DNA of 64,000 nt from Octopus sinensis (lineage: Eukaryota): assembly GCF_006345805.1 (NCBI RefSeq), contig NC_043024.1, forward strand, positions 5,766,001 through 5,830,000, written 5' to 3'. Position 1 is the stretch's first letter. Every line of letters starts with the position of its first letter. The position numbers and the translations under genes were made by a program. Positions 60,781 through 64,000 of this stretch are shown in pieces. The notes beneath the pieces are model-generated. The model saw nothing but the letters and a program-made list of their open reading frames with translations. It was not told the origin of the DNA and searched no databases.

Positions 60781-61819
60781 CTTTGGTGAGTAGTGTCTCC
60801 TCCTTATCATGTGTTTAAAAATAACAATAATGAAATTATTCTATACAGTGCTCAGGTGCACCAAAATTGTTTTTTGTTTGCTGGAAGAACTTCTGATTTA
60901 TTTTTGTGATTTAAAAAAAAAAATTCCTCTTACCTCTCCTCAAACCATTATCATTTTTTTTTATTTTGATTAATCTTAAAATTGTTCATTTTAAAAAATT
61001 TTGTTACTGATTTTATTTTGTATATTATATTTCTGAAAACAAAATTATTCTTATTATTTCTGAGTTTGCTTGAAAAAAAATCAGTATGCAGTCTTGGTAT
61101 AAGAAGAACAGCTTAAAGATTAAAATTACTCCTTGATAATCAGGGAGGTTAAGCTCCTGTCTGTATTTATATGCTTCCTTTGAGATTCAGCTCACAATCA
61201 TAAGGTCATGATTTCAATTCCCAGGAATATTACTGTGTCGTCGAGTAATATATTTTATTTCAACTTGCTCCAGTCCAGTCATCTGGCAAAAATGAGTAGT
61301 ACCCACTTTTTCAAAGGGCCAGCCTTGTCATATTCTGTGACACACTGAACCACCCTCAGAACTACGTTAAGGGTACATGTGTCTGTGGAGTACTCAGCCA
61401 CTTTCATGTTAATTTCATGAGCAGGTTGATTGTATCAACCAGAACCCTCATTGTCATAACTGACGGAGTTCCAAAGATTAATATTATATTAAGGCAGTGA
61501 GTTGGCAGAACCGTTTAAGCAACAGACAAAATACCTGTAGTATTTGTCCCAAATCTTGATGTTCTTGGTTCAAATACTCCTGAGGTCAACTTTGCCTTTT
61601 ATCTTTTCAAAGTTGATAAAATGAATACCAGTTGAGAAATTGGGATTGATGCAAACAGCTGAACCCTATTCACACAATTCTTGTGTCAAAAATAGAATTA
61701 TTATTATTAAGGCAGTGAGATGGCAGAATGGTTAGCACTCTGGGTGAAATGCTTAGTGATATTTCATCCAACTTTATGTTCTGGGCTCAAGATCTGCCAA
61801 GGTCGACTTTGCCTTTCAC

Positions 61820-62050
61820 TAAACAGGATGCACCATCCAAAATCAGACATCCACAGGCTCTATCTCTCATGGAAGGAAGGCAGTAGAGGTCTAATCTAGC
61901 TTGAAACATCCTATAAAATGACCATAATAGGACTCCAAGTTTACATCCAAAGTAACACCAACCGGATGATACAGCTGGTTAGGCAACATGAACAGGATAA
62001 GAAACTATGCTTCAATCTCAAAGGAAGCATATAAATACAGATGAGAGCTT
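61820..62050 (+). mobile_element. R4-like RT thumb fragment
   Basis: MHHPKSDIHRLYL..KEG.RGLI.LE..YK.TIIGL. Confidence 0.7.
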
Positions 62051-63313
62051 ACCCTCCCTGGTTATGGTGTTTATAAGGACACACCACTCACCAAGGCAGC
62101 AAAAAAGTGTAAAACGTGTGGTGTTAGTGGTGTTATGGGCTGTGATGGAGCTATGAGGTGTTGGTGGAGGGGATTGCAGATGAGGTGGATGGAAGTAAGG
62201 ATTGCAGGGGCCAGTGAGACAGGCAGAGGGCATGTGTGGGCAGGAAGCATGTGTGGTCAGTTCGAGCAGAGACGGCGCAGAGACAAGACGTGTTTAATTT
62301 TTGAGAGTGACCGCTGATTTTGCCGAGGTCAACAGGTCAGGCCTTTTGAATTTCTTTCTCCCTTTTGCTTCTTTTTCTGTTGTCCGTTTCCTCCATCACA
62401 CAACAAAATGAAAGCCAAATAGAAAAGCTTGAAGGAAATATCAAGACTGCGGCTAACATCGAGTTTACCTTCCATCCTTCTCAGTTGATTAGATATGTAC
62501 CAGTTGAATACTAGGGGTCAATGTAATCAACTTACCCTTTCCCCATAAGCTGCTGGCCTTGTGCCAAAATTTGAAATCATTATTATTGATCTTATTATTG
62601 TTAATTATTGAATTGTTTCAGAAAGTCTTTTTGCTTCTTCTCCTCTGTTCTTGTTCGTTTCATTTCTTCTCGACAGCTTTAACAAATCTCAGCATTGTTG
62701 TGTTCGTTGTTTCTATCTTCTAATTTCTCTAATCAATTCTTTCCAATTTATTCAATTATTTATTAATTTATTTACTGATGGTGATGGTAGTGGTAGTGGT
62801 GATGTAGAGAAGGGAACGGAGGAGTGTGAAGTCTTCCCCCCAGCATTCATGATTGACAGCAATAATTGTAGTTTTGATTTCATTAACGATGTGTTGTCTC
62901 GTTCTTTCACTTCATAATTGAATTTTATAGAAAATATTGAATATTTAATTAACAACATCCAACTGCTGTTTTTTTTCCTTTCTTTGCTGATTGTTTTTTG
63001 TTTTTGTTTTTGTTTTTTCTCTTCTGCAACTATTAAGGATATTTATTTATAAGATTAATTCTAAGAAGGTTCTAGAAATTTCTTGTTTCAAAAATGTTTT
63101 GGAATATATTAGATTTTCTTTCTACTTGTTTCAGTCATTAGACTGTGGTCATACTGGGGCACTGCCTTGAAGAATTCTTTATTGAATGAAATTACTCCCG
63201 TTCTTAGTTTTCAAGCCTGGTCCTTATTCTAAGTTATGGAGGAATAAACAAACACTGGTTGTCAAGCGGTGGTGAGGGACAGACACACACGTGTGTGTGT
63301 GTGCATATATATA

Positions 63314-63878
63314 TTGGGTTGTCTGGAAAGTTCATGCCGATTTATAGCAGCTTACCTTTCGACTTATTTAAGAACATTGTTGAGTCCATAAAATAGGATT
63401 TGACTACACCTCCATTTAGAGCACAGTTTAAGCTATCTTTCCATGGAAGAAGGTCTATGTTCCTATAACCTGTTTTAATTCTGTAACCCTTTAAAATGGA
63501 AGATAAGAAATTCATTTTCGGCACTTGATGCTTTGGGAACCAGACAAAAATTGCTGCAGCTCGGCTGGGATGGGTTACCCCACCCTTCATATTCACCAGA
63601 TATTGCTCCTTCGGATTTCCACTTATTCAGGTCTCTGCAGAATTGTCTCAATGGTAAAAATTTCAATTCCTTGGATGACGTAAAAAGATACCTTGATGAA
63701 TTCTTTGCCATGAAACCACCTCAATTCTGGGAAGAAGGTATTTTCAAGTTAAAGGAAAGATGGAGACGCATTGTGCAACAAAATGGTTCATATTTGGTTG
63801 ATTAAAAATGTAATGGCAAGTATTTATTGAGCTTTCTGTTTCCTTTAAAAATTGGCACAAACTTTCCAGACAACCCAA
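63314..63878 (+). mobile_element. Internally deleted mariner transposon (565 bp) with TIRs and TA TSD
   Basis: TIR ttgggttgtctggaaagtt / aactttccagacaacccaa; HPSYSPDIAPSDFHLF...ERW..IV..NG.Y transposase C-terminus. Confidence 0.93.
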
Positions 63879-63888
63879 TATATATATA

Positions 63889-64000
63889 TACTAGCAGTAT
63901 CGCCCGGCGTTGCTCGGGTTTGTAAGGGAAATAATTATATAAGCATTTTTAGAGATGTAAAGTATAATAGCCATCTCAATATGGCTAACCACAAAGGGGG
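63889..64000 (+). mobile_element. 5' end of a Helitron/Helentron-like element, truncated by the window edge
   Basis: actagcagtatcgcccggcgttgctcggg start in a TA tract. Confidence 0.5.

Noticed and set aside
62752-62958. Short S/P-rich minus-strand ORF as an exon
   Set aside because: A donor-like gtaaat exists but there is no credible acceptor; composition is near background.

Overview
AT-rich, repeat-saturated animal genomic DNA. The SINE complement suggests a coleoid cephalopod (Octopus-like); this is an inference from recalled repeat families, not a database match. Only traces of host genes are visible: a long low-complexity terminal coding exon on + (1826-3360), a clean 51-nt exon on - (29876-29926), and a decayed P/E/Q/T-rich repeat-coding tract on - (41.3-43.5 kb). 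The rest is transposon-derived: at least five tRNA-type SINE families; a near full-length Tx1/L1 LINE with a 16-bp TSD; two near full-length RTE LINEs; R4/Dong-like, RNase H (I-group) LINE, Penelope-like, Gypsy, MULE, hAT, mariner and Helentron-like remnants; and many microsatellites. No rRNA, true tRNA gene or CRISPR array was seen. The most striking unannotated signal is a set of about a dozen minimal type I hammerhead-ribozyme-like motifs (CUGANGA...GAAA with palindromic stem III) read by eye on both strands. They belong to several unrelated small elements: a 390-bp tandem dimer (retrozyme-like), two inverted or palindromic elements, a tRNA-headed SINE-like composite, the target element of the Tx1 LINE, and a Penelope-adjacent copy. 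Also notable: a MetaSINE-like SINE whose 3' tail matches the 3' end of the local Tx1 LINE. All folds and alignments are manual and uncomputed; boundaries of decayed repeats are approximate.
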